Part shown: positions 52,941-64,000 of the stretch, one piece after another | Numbering within the stretch: the first letter of the stretch is position 1 | Layout: the number at the start of each line of letters is the position of its first letter | Assembly (NCBI GenBank): GCA_963747195.1 | Contig: CAVVDV010000005.1 | Location: 193,125-257,124 of the forward strand | Reading direction: 5' to 3' | DNA: 64,000 nt | Origin: an uncultured Actinomycetes bacterium | Lineage (GTDB): Bacteria > Actinomycetota > Acidimicrobiia > IMCC26256 > JACDBD01 | The notes under the pieces: generated by a model | Told to the model about the DNA's origin: nothing | Database searches by the model: none | The model's input: the letters and a program-made list of their open reading frames with translations, nothing else | Position numbers and translations under genes: made by a program

Positions 52941-53546
52941 TCAACCCGTCGACGTTGTGAGGACGGTCACGAGCGTATCCCCGTACGCCCGTTCCCACGT
53001 GGCCTTCCACGCCCCGGGTGCCGGCGCCGGCCCGACACCCGACGGCCGCTCGACCACCACGGTGGCGCCCTCGCGCCAGCCACCCGGAGCCGTCGAGGCC
53101 GCCAGGACCCGGCCCAGCTCGGCCGTCGCGAGGTCGTAGGGCGGGTCGAGGAACACGAGGTCGAACGGGCCGCTCGGCCGGTGGCTTCCGGTCAGGAACG
53201 TGGCGACGGTGCTCCCCTGCACGCGGGCCTGCCCGCGCGAGGCGCGGTGGTCGCGAGGTTGCGGCGCATGGCGGTCACCGCCGCGTGGTCGCGATCGACG
53301 AGCACGGCTCGCGCGGCGCCGCGCGACAGCGCTTCGATCGCCAGCGCGCCGCTGCCCGCGTAGAGGTCGAGCACCGATGCGTCCACGAGCCGGTCGGCCC
53401 CGAGCGCGCCGAACAGCGCCTCCTTGACCCGGTCGGTGGTCGGGCGCGCTGCGTCCGCCTTTGGGCGCGACCAGCGCCAATCCGCCGGCGACGCCGGCGA
53501 TCACACGAAGGCCTTCCCGTCGCGAGCCCCTTCGCGTGCGCGCCAT
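52941..53546 (-). CDS. rsmD: 16S rRNA (guanine966-N2)-methyltransferase RsmD (frame-disrupted)
   Basis: RVIAGVAGG, VLDLYAGSGALAIEALSRGA (ORF 53192..53386) and FDLVFLDPPY (ORF 52941..53885). Confidence 0.85.
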   Translation of the reverse strand: MARTRRGSRREGLRVIAGVAGGLALVAPKGGRSAPDHRPGQGGAVRRARGRPARGRIGARPLRGQRRAGDRSAVARRRASRARRSRPRGGDRHAPQPRDHRASRGQARVQGSTVATFLTGSHRPSGPFDLVFLDPPYDLATAELGRVLAASTAPGGWREGATVVVERPSGVGPAPAPGAWKATWERAYGDTLVTVLTTSTG

Positions 53547-53562
53547 CGCCGATCGACCTCTG

Positions 53563-55740
53563 TCAGCTCTTGAAGAGGAACTCGACCGCGTCGCCGAGCA
53601 GGTCCTCGACCTCCTCGCGCAGCTGCGCGTGCTGCGACGAGGTCGGGTCGACGTCGAGGATCTGCTCGGCGACGGCGCGCGCCTCGAGGACGATCGGCTC
53701 GTCGCGCGGGAGCCGTCCCGAGCTTGAGGTCGGTCAACCCGGCCTGGCGTTCGCCGAACACCTCGCCCGCGCCGCGGATCTCGAGGTCGCGCTCGGCGAG
53801 CTCGAAGCCGTCGGTCGACTCCGCCATCGCCTCCATGCGCGCGTCTGCCTCGGGCGTCGTCGGATCGGCGAGCAGGAAGCACCACGGATTCGCGCGCCGC
53901 CGCGTCCGATGCGGCCGCGCAGCTGGTGGAGCTGCGAGAGACCGAAGCGGTCGGCGTCCTCGACGACCATCACCGTCGCGTTCGGGACGTCGACGCCGAC
54001 CTCGATCACGGTCGTGGCGACGAGCACGTCGACCTCGCCGGCGCGGAACGCGTCCATCGCCGCTTCCTTGTCGGCGCGCCGGCATCTGGCCGTGCAGCAG
54101 CCCGAGCCGCAGCCCGGCGAGCTCCTCGTCGCCGAGCCGCTCGAGCTCCTCGGTGGCGGCCTTCGCCTCGAGCTTCGCGCCGACCCCTCGACGAGCGGGC
54201 ACACGACGTACGCCTGGCGGCCGGCTCGCGACCTCGGTGCGCACCCGGTCGTAGACGGCGGTGCGCTCGAGCGGGCTGGGCCCGACCACCTCGCGTGGTC
54301 GATCGGCGTCCGGCCCGCGGGCAGCTCGCGCAGCTCGGACTTGTCGAGGTCGCCGTAGATCGAGCATCGCCGCGGTGCGCGGGATCGGCGTCGCCGTCAT
54401 CACGAGCACGTCGGGCGTCGCTCGCCCTTTGCCGCGCAGCAGGTCGCGCTGCTCGACGCCGAAGCGGTGCTGCTCGTCGATCACCGCCACGCCGAGGCGG
54501 GCGAACTCGACGCCGCCGTAGATCAGCGCGTGCGTGCCCACGACGATGTCGACCTCGCCCGTCGCGCAGCCCGTCGGCGATGCGGCGCCGCTCGGCGGCG
54601 CCGGTGCGGTTCGTGAGCAGCTCGACGCGCACCGGCCGCTCGCCGAGCAGCGTCGCCTCCGCGGGCACGGTGAGGTCCGTCGAGGAGGCGGCGCATCGTG
54701 AGGTCGTGCTGCTCGGCGAGCACTTCGGTCGGCGCCATGAACGCGCCCTGGTAGCCGCCCTGCACCGCGATGAGCAGCGCGCGTGAGCGCGACCACGGTC
54801 TTGCCCGAACCGACCTCGCCCTGCAGCAGCCGGTGCATCGGCGCCGGCGACGCGAGGTCGCGGACGATCTCGTCGATCGCCTGCCGTCTGGTCGTCGGTG
54901 AGCGCGAACGGCAGCGCGGCGTGGAACGCGTCGCACGAGGGGCCGTCGACCGACGTGCGCGATCCCGGTCTGCTCGCGCTGCGAGCGCGCGCTTGCGCGC
55001 GACGAGCCCGACCTGCATGCGCAGGAACTCGTCGAACTTGAGCCGGTCGCGCGGCGCGGCCGTGCGTCGTGCGTGCGTCTCGGGCCGGTGGATGTCCCGG
55101 TACGCGCGCGTCCGGTCGACGAGCCCGAGCTCGTCGCGGAGCTCGGCGTCGAGCGGGATCGGCGAAGCCCGCGCGGCTTGGTGCGTTCTGAGCGCACGCG
55201 GCGACGAGCTTGCGGAGCTGCCAGGTGTGCACCTCGGCCTTCCCCGACTGCGGGTACACCGGCACGATCGCGCCGGTGTTCGTCGCCGGACGCTCGATCC
55301 GAGGCACGTCGACGACCGGGTTGGTCATCTGGCGCCGGCCGCCGGTAGTGCTCGACCTTGCCGAAGAACGCGACCTCGGTGCCCGCCGGCAGCTGCTTCT
55401 CGCGCCACGCCTGGTTGAAGAACACGACGCGCAGGTAGCGACGGTGCCGTCGAAGACCTCCGCTTCGACGATCGGCGCGGCCCTGTCGCGTCCGGCAGCC
55501 CGCGGATCTTCTTGACCTCGGCGTACGACCGTCGCCTCGTCGCCCGACGACGAGCTCGGCGATCTCGGCCCGCTTCGTGCGGTCGTGGTAGCGGCGCGGG
55601 TAGTGCTGGAGCAGGTCGAGGACGGTGCGTGATCCCCATCTCCGCGAGCCGCGCCTCGAGCTTCGGGCCCGACCGCCTTCAGCTCGGCGACGCGGTGCGC
55701 GGCAAGCTCGCGCAGCGTGAGCCCGTCCGGCCGACCGCAC
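53563..55740 (-). CDS. recG: ATP-dependent DNA helicase RecG (heavily frame-disrupted)
   Basis: [15 protein letters not shown], the wedge/OB part [53 protein letters not shown]...K and [20 protein letters not shown]. The hand-read end is ...VEFLFKS-TGA at 53563. The start GTG 55740 is tentative. Confidence 0.9.
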
Positions 55741-55745
55741 CGCGG

Positions 55746-57458
55746 CTACTCGACGCCGACGAGGTACGGGTAGAGCGGCTGGCCGCCCTCGTGGACCTCG
55801 ACCTCGACGTGCGGATGCGCGAGCGCCGAGGTGCTCCTCGAGCCGCGCGGTGTCGGTCGTGATCGGCGTCGGCGCCGACGAGCACGGTGACGAGCTCGCT
55901 GTCGTCGTCGACGAGCAGGTCGACGAGCCCGATCGCGGCGTCGACCGCCGTCTTGGCGACCACCGACATGCCGTCGCGGCGTGATCGCGATCCAGTCGCC
56001 GGCCGCGATCGGCCCGCACTCGCCGACTGCTGTCGCGCACGGCCTGCGTGACCTCGCCCGGTGCGCACACGCTGCGCGGCTTCGGTCATCGCGGCCGCGT
56101 TGTCCTCGACACTGCGCGTGCGGGTCGTACGCGACCAGCGCCGCCAGCGCCTCCACGACCGCCGTGGGTCGGCACGACCTCGACCGGGCGCGTCGGTCAA
56201 GCTCGGGGACCTGCTCGGCCACCGGGACGATGTTCTTGTTGTTCGGCAGCACGATCACGGAGTCGGCCGCGCAGCGCTCGACCGCTTCGAGGATCTGCGC
56301 CGTCGACGGGTTCATCGACTGCCCGCCGGCCACGACCGCGTGGACGCCGAGGCTGCTCGAGGAGCCGCTGGACGCCGTCGCCGACGCCACCGCGACGACG
56401 GCGGTCGTGCACGGCTCGACCGCGGTCCGCGGCTCGGCGCCGGATTCGCGCGTCGGCCGGTGCCCGCCTGCTCACGCACCCACTGCTCTTCCTCGACCTG
56501 CTCGTGGAGGTCGGTGACGCGGATGCTCGGCGGGCGCCCGGCCTCGATGCCGGCCTCGATCGCGGCGCCGATGTCGTTGGTGTGCACGTGGCAGTTCCAC
56601 ATCCCGTCGCCGCCGACGACGACGATCGAGTCGCCGAGCGACGCCCCACGTGTCCTTGAACGCGGGGATCGTCGCGTCCGTCGGCCTCGAGGAGGTACAT
56701 CACCTCGTACCGGAGCGACGACGGCGTCGTCGCCGTGGAGGTGGGCCTCGACCGACGGCGGCGTCGTCACGACCTCCGGCTCCGGCAGCGGGCGGCCGTC
56801 GACGACGTCGAGGAACGCGTCGAGCAGCAGCGCGAAGCCCGGCCGCCGGCGTCGACCACGCCGGCCTCCTTGAGCACCGGCAGGAGCTCGGGCGTCGCTG
56901 GACGGCGTCGCGGGCGGCGGCGGCGGCGCGGTCGAGCAGCGCGGCGAGCGTCGCCTCGCCGGCTTCGTAGGCGGCCTCGACCGCCTCGGCCGCGGCACGC
57001 ACCACGGTGAGGATCGTGCCCTCGACCGGGCGGAGCACCGCTTGGTACGCGGCGTCGGTCGCCGCGCCGGAGGCCGGCGACGAGGTCGGCGGCCGACGCC
57101 TCGTCGCGGCGGAGAAGGTGTCGGCGAGCCCGCGGAGGATCTGCGAGAGGATCACGCCCGAGTTGCCCCGTGCGCCCATGAGCGAGCCGTGCGAGATCGC
57201 CTCGCACACCTCGTCCATGCCCGTCGGCCGCGTCGAGCTCCCCGACGACCGACTCGAGCGTGAGCGCCATGTTGGTGCCGGTGTCGCCGTCGGGACGGGA
57301 TAGACGTTGAGGCGGTTCAGCTCGTCCTGGTGGGCGCGCAGCGCGTCGCGGTAGGTGATGACGACGCGCCGCAGATCAGCAGGCGCGTCGAGCTCGCCTG
57401 CGAGCGCACGCTCACGGCTGCGGATCGGTACTGCCGGTCGCTCGGGTACTGCCGTCAC
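55746..57458 (-). CDS. DAK2 domain-containing protein (YloV-like, DhaL-type N-terminal domain; heavily frame-disrupted)
   Basis: [10 protein letters not shown]...[41 protein letters not shown], and the C-terminal DegV-like part ending ...[11 protein letters not shown]. It is divergent from rpmB and upstream of recG, the usual position. Confidence 0.82.
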
Positions 57459-57523
57459 TTCCGGGCCTTCCGGATGCCGTTGCTATCCTTGGCTGTTCCC
57501 CGACCCGCTTCGAGGTGGTCCCG

Positions 57524-57711
57524 ATGGCATCCGTCTGCGAGGTGTGCGGCAAGAAGCCGCAGTTCGGCATGCGCCTGAGCCACTCGCACCGGCGCACCAA
57601 GCGGCGCTGGAACCCGAACGTGCAGCGGTCCGCGCCATCGTCAACGGCAGCCCCAAGCGCATCCACGTCTGCACCTCCTGCCTCAAGGCAGGCAAGGTGC
57701 AGAAGCCGTAG
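57524..57711 (+). CDS. rpmB: 50S ribosomal protein L28 (one frame change near 57628)
   Basis: [35 protein letters not shown], then (ORF 57355..57711) [27 protein letters not shown]. Confidence 0.9.
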
Positions 57712-57723
57712 CGAGGAGCACCC

Positions 57724-57953
57724 GTGCAGGGCGTCGTCCGCACCTACGACCCGCAGACCGGTGAGGGCGTCGTCATCGCGCGACACCGACCGCGAGGAGT
57801 TCATGCTCGCGCTCGACGCGCTCGAGGGCTCGCTCTTCCGCATGCTGCGCCAGGGCCAGCGGGTCGAACTTCGACCTCGACGGCGCCGGCCGGGCGACCA
57901 GGGTGCGCATCGGCTCCGAGGTCGACATGGGCCTCCCCACCGCTGAGGTCTGA
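57724..57953 (+). CDS. Small conserved-looking protein (~76 aa) downstream of rpmB, possibly a small beta-barrel/cold-shock-like fold (two frame changes)
   Basis: Hand reconstruction gives [77 protein letters not shown]. The family was not recognised with certainty. Confidence 0.45.
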
Positions 57954-58020
57954 CCTAGCTCTTCGCGCTCAGGCGGGGCTGACCGCGTGATTGTCCGACC
58001 GCGGGCTGTTGGTGGACGTC

Positions 58021-58911
58021 TCATCGGCCGGTGTCGCGCGGTGGGAGCGCCCGGTGCGTCATCCGAAGGATGAACGAGCTCGGAGGCCGCCAGACGGCGC
58101 GGTCCTCGAAGGCCCACGCGTAGGTCAGGGCTCCGTCCCGGACACACTCGACCAGCCCGGGCGCTCCCAGCTCATGAGCCGACCACTCGTAGAGCTGCTG
58201 CAACCTCGGAGCGATGACCCCGAAATCCAGTAGTCGTCCGAAGCCGAGCTCGCCATCGAGGATGGACCCGACGCTGTCACGGAGGGGGTACTCGTCGGGC
58301 AGGACCCGGGACAACTGCAGGAAGATCCCGGCCATGCCGAGCCTCGGGTCACCGACGAACGGTGCCAGCGGGCGCAGCCATCCCAGCGAGATTCGGGGGG
58401 CGGCGACGAGCTCGTGTGCATAGAGCACGCGGCAGAGCACGACGTTCATGAAGAACCGCTCGGCTGCGTTCTCCGCCTCCGCCATGTCGCGGTGCTCGAG
58501 GTACGCGGCGACCACGCTCCCGTTGTGCGCCCGATACCAGGCACGAGCGGTCGGGCGATCGACGAACGCCATCCAGTTGTCGACCGTGCCCGACGAGCTC
58601 GGACCCGGAAGGCTCCCGCTGAGCGCCACTGCTTCGCAGCCGTCCCGAATGATGCGCTCGTTGACGGCACGCCACCACGGACTCCCCGGACGGTCGGCGA
58701 ACGGCGGCTGCAGCACACCTCGCCGGAGCTGCCAGCGCATGAACGACAGCGCCGCTCGGCGATAGGGAAGATGTCGGGGCGCTCTGCCGAACGGGCCGTG
58801 ATAGCACCGCTCCATCAGGCTCAATCGACACGCGGGGTCGTCGCGAACGGACCCGACGATCTCGTCCGCCCACGATGCGGCGCTGGGGCCGACGCTCACC
58901 TCGCCCGCCAA
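58021..58911 (-). CDS. Hypothetical protein, 296 aa, no family recognised
   Basis: This unbroken ORF begins MAGEVSVGPSAASWADEIVG. Internal stretches include ERFFMNVVLCRVLYAHELV and GIFLQLSRVLPDEYPL. Composition is protein-like (Trp/Tyr/Phe/Met present, not Arg/Ala/Gly/Pro-dominated). Local GC looks slightly lower than in the neighbouring genes. Confidence 0.6.
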   Translation of the reverse strand: MAGEVSVGPSAASWADEIVGSVRDDPACRLSLMERCYHGPFGRAPRHLPYRRAALSFMRWQLRRGVLQPPFADRPGSPWWRAVNERIIRDGCEAVALSGSLPGPSSSGTVDNWMAFVDRPTARAWYRAHNGSVVAAYLEHRDMAEAENAAERFFMNVVLCRVLYAHELVAAPRISLGWLRPLAPFVGDPRLGMAGIFLQLSRVLPDEYPLRDSVGSILDGELGFGRLLDFGVIAPRLQQLYEWSAHELGAPGLVECVRDGALTYAWAFEDRAVWRPPSSFILRMTHRALPPRDTGR

Positions 58912-58918
58912 GGCGACG

Positions 58919-59182
58919 TCAGTGCGCCCGGCGGCCGCCGCCCGTGAGCGCGCCGTAGACGAAGAGCAGCAGCGTCGCGCCGACGAACGCGACGAGCAGC
59001 GAGTAGAAGCTGAACTCGTTGATGCCCTCGCCGCCGGCGGCCGAGAAGATGATGCCGCCGAGGATCCCGCCGGCGATCCCGATCAGGACCGTCCCGATGC
59101 ACCCGGCGCCTTTCACCCCGGTGACGCCCTTCGCCAGCACGCCGGCGATGAACCCGACCACGATCCACGACAGCCAGCTCAT
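58919..59182 (-). CDS. GlsB/YeaQ/YmgE family (transglycosylase-associated) small membrane protein
   Basis: Intact 87-aa ORF MSWLSWIVVGFIAGVLAKGVTG...GIAGGILGGIIFS, with three Gly-rich TM helices. Confidence 0.85.
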   Translation of the reverse strand: MSWLSWIVVGFIAGVLAKGVTGVKGAGCIGTVLIGIAGGILGGIIFSAAGGEGINEFSFYSLLVAFVGATLLLFVYGALTGGGRRAH

Positions 59183-59337
59183 GACGTCCTCCCCGAACGG
59201 TCCGCGGCGGGCGTCAACCTAGCCGTGTCCCCGCATGCACCGTGGGGCTTCCGGGGTACATCAGGCGAGCAGTTCGGCCGGTTTGGGACAGTCGCCGGTA
59301 GGCTGTTCGAACCGTTTCCCCGCAAGGAGTCGGCGTC

Positions 59338-61162
59338 GTGTCCGTCACGTTGAACGCCCCACCCACTCGGAATCAGAGGCTCCTGGGGTGGGTGGACGAG
59401 ATGGTCGCGCTCTGCGAGCCGGACTCCGTCCACTGGTTCGACGGCTCCGACGCCGAGTACGAGCTGCTGTGCAAGCAGCTCGTCGAGGCCGGCACCTTCG
59501 TCGAGCTCGACCCCGAGCCAAGCGCCCCGGCTCGTACTGGGCCGCGATCCGACCCGAGCGACGTCGCCCGGGTCGAGGACCGCACCTTCATCTGCTCCGA
59601 GCGCGAGGCCGACGCCGGCCCGACCAACAACTGGAAGGACCCCGCCGAGATGCGGGCGAGCTCGACGGGCTGTTCCGCGGGCTCGATGCGCGGCCGCACG
59701 ATGTACGTGGTGCCCGTTCAGCATGGGCCCGCTCGGCTCGCCGCTCTCCTACATCGGCGTCGAGATCACCGACTCGCCCTACGTCGCCGTGAGCATGCGC
59801 ACGATGACCCGCGCCGGGCAGGCCGCGCTCGACGTGCTCGGCGACGACGGCGAGTTCGTGCCGTGCGTGCACTCGCTCGGCGCGCCGCTCGAGCCGGGCG
59901 AGGCCGACGTCGCCGTGGCCGTGCAACCCCGACGAGAAGTGGATCGTCCACTTCCCCGAGACCCGCGAGATCTGGTCGTACGGCTCGGGCTACGGCGGCA
60001 ACGCGCTCCTCGGCAAGAAGTGCTTCGCGCTGCGGATCGCGTCGGTGATCGCCCGCGACGAGGGCTGGCTCGCCGAGCACATGCTCATCCTCAAGCTCAC
60101 CAGCCCCGAGGGCGTGAGCCGCTACATCGCCGCCGCGTTCCCGTCGGCGTGCGGCAAGACCAACCTCGCCATGCTCATCCCGACGATCCCGGGCTGGAAG
60201 GCCGAGACCATCGGCGACGACATCGCGTGGATGAAGTTCGGCGCCGACGGCCGCCTGTACGCGATCAACCCCGAGTTCGGGTTCTTCGGCGTCGCGCCCG
60301 GCACCAACATGCGACACGAACCCGAACGCGATGCACACCCTCGACCAGCAACACCGTGTTCACGAACACCGCGCTCACCGACGACGGCGACGTGTGGTGG
60401 GAGGGCATGACGGCCGAGCCGCCCGCGCACCTCACCGACTGGCAGCGCAACGACTGGACGCCCGAGTCGGACGACGCCCGCCGCGCACCCGAACTCGCGG
60501 TTCTGCGTGCCCGCGTCGCAGTGCCCGGTCGATCGCCCCCGAGTGGGAGGACCCGAAGGGCGTGCCGATCTCGGCGTTCCTGTTCGGCGGCCGCCGCGCC
60601 ACGACCGTGCCGCTCGTGTTCGAGTCGCGCGACTGGCGCCACGGCGTGTTCGTCGCCGCGACCATGGGCTCGGAGAAGACCGCCGCCGCGTTCGGCGGCC
60701 TCGGCGAGCTGCGCCGCGACCCGTTCGCGATGCTGCCGTTCTGCGGCTACCACATGGGCGACTACTTCGCCCACTGGCTGAGCGATGACCGAGCCGCACC
60801 GACGAGGCGAAGCTGCCGCGCATCTACGGCGTCAACTGGTTCCGCAAGGACGCCGACGGCAAGTTCCTGTGGCCCGGCTTCGGCGAGAACTCCCGCGTGC
60901 TCGAGTGGATCTTCCGACCGCTCGAGGGCGACGGCCGGCGCCGAGGACACGCCATCGGCGTCGTGCCCGGGCGCCGGCCGACCTCGACGCTCGACGGGCT
61001 CGACGCGTCCACCGACGCGGTCGACGCCGCAGTGCGCGTCGATCCCGACGAGTGGCGGGCCGAGGTGCCGCTCGATCCGCGAGCACTTCGAGTCGCCTGG
61101 GCGACAAGCTCCCGACCCCGTTGTGGGACGAGCTGAGCGCGCTGGAGGCCCGGCTCGGCTAG
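59338..61162 (+). CDS. pckG: Phosphoenolpyruvate carboxykinase (GTP) (heavily frame-disrupted)
   Basis: [94 protein letters not shown], and the C-terminus [19 protein letters not shown]. Confidence 0.9.
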
Positions 61163-61194
61163 AACGGTCCCCGCGCAGGAAGGGGGAACCGCCG

Positions 61195-62376
61195 ATGGCC
61201 GATCGCGTGATCCACGACGCCGACGCGCACCTCTTGGAGCCGCCGGACCTCTTCACGGAGCACGCCGATCCCGACGTGCGCGACCGCATCGCCGAGCTCA
61301 CCGTCGGGTTCCGGATCAACGACGACGGCACGAGCGAGAACGAGATCGTCGAGCACTTCCGCCGCCGCCACGGCGATCCCGAGTTCCGCAGCCACGACGA
61401 AGAGCAGATCTGGCTGCGCAAGAACTTCGAGGCCACCGGTTCCTTCATCGCCGAGGACCGCCCCGCCGCCATCGACATGCTCGGCGTCGCCAGCCAGCTC
61501 ATCTTCAACACGTTCACCAACAAGACGCTGCAACGCGTGGAGCACGGCGACGATCTCGATCTGGCGTACGGCCTCGCCCGGGCGCACAACCGCGCCGTCG
61601 TCGAGTTCTGCTCCGTCGACCCCCGCCTCCTGCCGACCGGGTACGTGCCCCTCGCCGACTTCGAACGGTCGGCCGCGTTCGCGCGCGAGGCGCTCGAGAT
61701 GGGCTGCAAGGCGCTCCTGATCGCCTCGGCGTGCCCGCGCCATCACTCCCCGAGCCACGTCGGCCTCGACCCGGTCTGGGCGCAGGCGCAGGAGGCGGGC
61801 ATCCCGATCGTCTTCCACGTCGGCGGGGGCGGACGGCTCGTCGACCCGATGATCTTCGAGAACGGCCTGCCGCCCGTGCCCGACTTCCACGGCGGTGACG
61901 GCAACTTCCGCTCGGTCGACTACATCGCCATCCAGTACCCGGTGATGGAGGTGCTCGGCACGCTGATCATCGACCGGGTGCTCGACCGCTTCCCGACCCT
62001 CCGCTTCGGCGTCATCGAGCAGGGCGGGACCTGGCTCCCCGGGCTCATGCGGACGCTCGACTCCGCCGCCGACGCCTTCCGCCGGAACGAGGAGCGGCTC
62101 CAGCAGCTCGAGCTGCGCCCGAGCGAGTACTTCACGCGCCAGGTGCGGGTGACGCCCTACCCGCACGAGGACGCGGGGTGGATCATCGAGCAGTCGGGCG
62201 ACGACATCTGCATGTTCTCGTCCGACTATCCGCACGTCGAAGGCGGCCGGAACCCGCTCGGGCGCTTCGAGCGCAGCCTGGCGCCCGTGTCGGAGCACGC
62301 CAGGCAGCGCTTCTACTGCGACAACTTCGTCGACCTCATGGGCGCGGGCCTCCCTGCCACGGTGCAGATCGGATAG
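61195..62376 (+). CDS. Amidohydrolase-2 family (ACMSD-like metal-dependent hydrolase/decarboxylase) protein
   Basis: Intact 393 codons from [16 protein letters not shown], with AGGAAGGGGGAA upstream. Motifs include IVFHVGGG and [11 protein letters not shown]. Confidence 0.78.
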   Translation: MADRVIHDADAHLLEPPDLFTEHADPDVRDRIAELTVGFRINDDGTSENEIVEHFRRRHGDPEFRSHDEEQIWLRKNFEATGSFIAEDRPAAIDMLGVASQLIFNTFTNKTLQRVEHGDDLDLAYGLARAHNRAVVEFCSVDPRLLPTGYVPLADFERSAAFAREALEMGCKALLIASACPRHHSPSHVGLDPVWAQAQEAGIPIVFHVGGGGRLVDPMIFENGLPPVPDFHGGDGNFRSVDYIAIQYPVMEVLGTLIIDRVLDRFPTLRFGVIEQGGTWLPGLMRTLDSAADAFRRNEERLQQLELRPSEYFTRQVRVTPYPHEDAGWIIEQSGDDICMFSSDYPHVEGGRNPLGRFERSLAPVSEHARQRFYCDNFVDLMGAGLPATVQIG

Positions 62377-62449
62377 CAGGCGGCCGAGCGGGCGCGCCGG
62401 AACCCGGCGCTACCATGCGCGCCCGAGCCGGTTGCACAGGGGGCGCCGC

Positions 62450-62687
62450 ATGTCCGTCACCGCGTACGTGCTCATCCAGACCGAGGTCGGCAAGGCCGTC
62501 AGCCGTGGCCGAGCAGGCCCGCAAGATCACCGGAGTCCTGTCGGCGGACGACGTCACCGGCCCGTACGACGTGATCGTCAAGACGGAAGCTCCCAGCCTG
62601 GACGAGCTCGGCAAGATGGTCGTCTCGCAGATCCAGTCGGTCGAGGGCATCACCCGCACGTTCACGTGCCCGGTGGTGAACCTCTAG
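62450..62687 (+). CDS. Small Lrp/AsnC ligand-binding-domain (stand-alone RAM/ACT-like) protein (one frame change near 62501)
   Basis: MSVTAYVLIQTEVGKA, then (ORF 62178..62687) AVAEQARKITGVLSADDVTGPYDVIVKTEAPSLDELGKMVVSQIQSVEGITRTFTCPVVNL. Confidence 0.75.
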
Positions 62688-62699
62688 CTACTCGTCCAA

Positions 62700-63861
<1,162 letters not shown>

Positions 63862-63862
<1 letters not shown>

Positions 63863-64000
63863 CAGACCACCTGGAACACTGCCCGGATCCCGAGACCCAT
63901 GAGGAACAACCCGACGAGACCGTACAGCAGCTCGGTTCGTCCCCGCATCGACTCGCGGTACTGGAACGCCAGCCCGACGGTGATGAACACGAGGAACCCG
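63862..64000 (-). CDS. C-terminal 46 codons of a membrane protein whose start lies beyond the right edge
   Basis: Hand translation gives ...GFLVFITVGLAFQYRESMRGRTELLYGLVGLFLMGLGIRAVFQVV-TGA. The stop shares one base with the ddl ATG (TGATG). Confidence 0.4.

Noticed and set aside
62394-62410. A perfect 7-bp hairpin (gcgccgg-aac-ccggcgc) after the amidohydrolase stop, as a possible terminator.
   Set aside because: It has no U-tract and a very short loop, and GC-rich palindromes of this size are frequent by chance here. It is not strong enough to report as a feature.

Overview
Very GC-rich (by eye roughly 70 percent, not computed) chromosomal core segment of an Actinomycetota-type genome. It holds about 70 protein genes, nearly all housekeeping, in gene orders typical of actinobacteria. 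These include infB-ylxR-nusA-rimP, proS, a sulfate-assimilation operon (sir-cysH-cysD-cysN) and murT-gatD. Further blocks are ispG-rseP-dxr-cdsA-frr-pyrH-tsf-rpsB, a WhiG/FliA-type sigma factor with xerC and comM-dprA, and rplS-trmD-rimM-KH-rpsP-ffh-ftsY. The rest comprises smc-acyP-mutM-rnc-acpP-plsX-rpmF-yceD, coaD-rsmD-recG-DAK2 with rpmB, pckG and ddl. I saw no rRNA, tRNA, CRISPR array, transposase, prophage block or defence-island content. The main caveat is technical. Most long conserved genes can only be read by hopping between reading frames, because of many 1-nt indels distributed in patches. Gene boundaries below were therefore rebuilt by following conserved peptide motifs through the six-frame track and by hand translation. 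'Frame-disrupted' means the gene is recognisable but is not one continuous ORF in this sequence. Many neighbouring genes are joined by 4-nt ATGA/GTGA start-stop overlaps. I did not find a convincing new multi-gene system. The most unusual items are listed here.
- An intact M23-peptidase/alpha-beta-hydrolase fusion coupled to a beta-propeller lipoprotein.
- An ATP-dependent DNA ligase translationally coupled to proS.
- A nonapeptide tandem-repeat protein coupled to an RDD membrane protein.
- A highly charged low-complexity ORF coupled to cdsA.
- An unrecognised 296-aa ORF.
- A short smc.
- A few structured or repeat-bearing intergenic spacers.
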